A stretch of 39,986 nt of DNA. Origin: Actinomycetota bacterium (GTDB lineage Bacteria > Actinomycetota > UBA4738 > JACQTL01). The notes under the pieces were generated by a model, which was not told the origin of the DNA, made no database searches, and saw only the letters and a list, made by a program, of their open reading frames with translations. Of the stretch, positions 38,653-39,986 are shown piece after piece. How positions within the stretch are numbered: the first letter of the stretch is position 1; the number at the start of each line of letters is the position of its first letter. Both the position numbers and the translations under genes were made by a program. The stretch is taken from contig JBKOXF010000101.1 in the NCBI GenBank assembly GCA_046724795.1, positions 1 through 39,986 on the forward strand, in the 5' to 3' direction.

Positions 38653-39865
38653 CGGCGACTACCAGCGCAAACGAGAGGGCCCGGTGTTTCGGGCCCTCTT
38701 TCATTCCCCCAAATCTCCCAACGAGTGCCGCCGCCTGGTGGGCGGCCTCGTCGGAGTCGTGGGTGTAGATGTCCGCGGTGAAGGTGGCGGAGGCGTGTCC
38801 GAGCTGGCGGCTGACCACGTCGAGCCTGGCACCTGCCCCGAGCGCCAGCATGGCGTAGGAGTGCCGGGCCCCGTGCAGGGTGATGGGGGGAACCCCGGCT
38901 GACGTGGTCAGCCGACTCCACCGGCCACCCAGGGTGTCGGGGTGGACCACGCCGCCGTCCGGCTCGGTAACGAGCCACTCGCCGGGAACCCCGAGGCCAC
39001 CATCGGCCTTCCATGGGGGCCCGAAGGCCAGACGCTCGACCGCCTGGTCCATCCTCCAGCGCTGGAGGGCCCTGGACGTCGCCTCGTCGATCCTGACCCG
39101 GCGTGTTTGGCGTCCCTTCGTCGTCTGCCGCACGAACAACCGTCGGCCGCTTTGGACGGCTCGGGGGTCGCAGGAGCACCTGACGACGGACCGTGACGCT
39201 GCCGTCGGCGATGTCCGGCCATTGAAGACCGAGAAGCTCGCCCCTCCTGAGCCCAGACGCCAGCGCCAACCTCCAGATGGCGTACAGGCGATCCGACGAT
39301 GCTGCGTCCAGGAACTGCCGCACGTCGTGGGCTTCCCATGCCGCTCGCTCGATCGAATCGTCACGGGCAGGGGGATCGACCGCCCGGGCCGGATTCACCA
39401 CCAGGTATCCACGTCGCACGGCGTCCTCGAACGCCTTCGACAACGTAGTGTGGACGATCCGCACCGTCTTCCCTCGGAGCGGTCGGCCCCCACGACCTCC
39501 GCGGCCCCGCAGCGTCGCATACAGACCGTCCAGGACCCGTCCGGTGAATTTCTGGAGCGGGACCTGCCCGATGTGGGGGGCGATCCACGAGGCAACCACG
39601 GTTCGGTCGGTGTCCCGCCTGTTCGGGGACAAGTCCGCGTTCTGTCGAGACGCCAGCCACTCCTGAGGTAGGCGGCCACAGTGAGTCTGCTCGATGACAC
39701 GTGGTGGCCCCGGGAGGCGTCGGTGACGACGGCGGCGGCCACTTGCGCCGCCTCCCGCTTTGTCCGGGATAGGTTCGCCCTGGCCCGGTACAACCCGACG
39801 GCTCCCTCGACCTCACCTTCAGCGCAGACGGGAGAGTGACCACTGCTATGGGTCCCGATAGCCAA
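38612..39865 (-). pseudogene. int: Tyrosine recombinase (phage/AICE-type integrase) disrupted by at least two frameshifts
   Basis: The gene is split over three minus-strand frames. The first carries ...YRARANLSRTKREAAQ...SRLTVAAYLR. The second carries EWLASRQ...IAPHIGQVPLQKFTG...LASGLRRGELLGLQWPDI...VTVRRQV. The third carries RRLFVRQTTKGRQTRRVRIDEAT...ITLHGARHSYAMLAL...LGHASATFTADIYTH. The catalytic R, HxxR and Y are all recognisable. The 5' limit is uncertain. Confidence 0.8.
38674..38705 (+). terminator. Hairpin downstream of the tRNA (weak T-tract)
   Basis: AGAGGGCCCG-gtgttt-CGGGCCCTCT followed by TTCATT. Confidence 0.45.
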
Positions 39866-39986
39866 GCCTTTGGGGTGGCCATCCAGCCCGACGGCAAATC
39901 GTGGCAGCCGGCGTGGCGGGGTATGCGAACGGAAGCAGCCGAATCGCCGTGGCCCGATACCTCGGGAGCTAAGGCCCCTCCAAGAC

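Larger units (their letters stand above)
38612..39986. mobile_element. Left edge of a tRNA-Met-associated integrated element (or its remnant), extending beyond the window
   Basis: An integrase pseudogene converges on, and overlaps, the 3' part of the tRNA. The attR end and the cargo are not visible in this window. Confidence 0.5.

Noticed and set aside
38634-39632. 332-aa ORF as an intact integrase gene
   Set aside because: Only its first ~150 aa look like an integrase. Downstream it is Arg/Gly/Pro-rich noise, while the catalytic HxxR and Y motifs lie in a different frame (38612..39364). The gene is therefore called a frameshifted pseudogene.

Overview
High-GC (~68-70%) chromosomal segment that looks actinobacterial, judged from gene content, codon bias and frequent GTG starts and ATGA/GTGA start-stop overlaps. 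Most of it is conserved core genome. In order it carries a 3'-truncated ferredoxin-type sulfite/nitrite reductase, rmuC, an orphan ParA-like ATPase, a PIG-L deacetylase with a DUF5319 protein, and divergent NHEJ genes ligD (Pol-PE-Lig) and ku. These are followed by the amt-glnK-glnD nitrogen operon, a block of small housekeeping or unknown genes, an amylo-alpha-1,6-glucosidase-family protein and an mmpL-tetR pair. Then come a type I-beta DAHP synthase, a DUF2342 metalloprotease, moaE coupled to mreB, the conserved PDZ/Lon-UPF0182 pair and a YVTN beta-propeller protein. The right end (~35.1-40 kb) looks accessory or decaying. It holds a Ser/Pro/Glu-repeat secreted protein, an internally deleted MFS remnant, DUF1269 plus a truncated duplicate, and a tRNA-Met(CAT) abutted by a multiply frameshifted tyrosine integrase, which marks the edge of an integrated element running off the window. 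The most interesting signals are non-annotated regulatory ones. There are two textbook-looking leader-peptide attenuators: a C-R-C-C-C sORF plus intrinsic terminator upstream of the sulfite reductase, and an F-Y-G-Y-W-W-F sORF plus intrinsic terminator upstream of DAHP synthase. There is also a four-box GlnR-type operator array upstream of amt. All family calls come from motif recognition by eye, with no database search. The many long ORFs antisense to real genes are GC artefacts.
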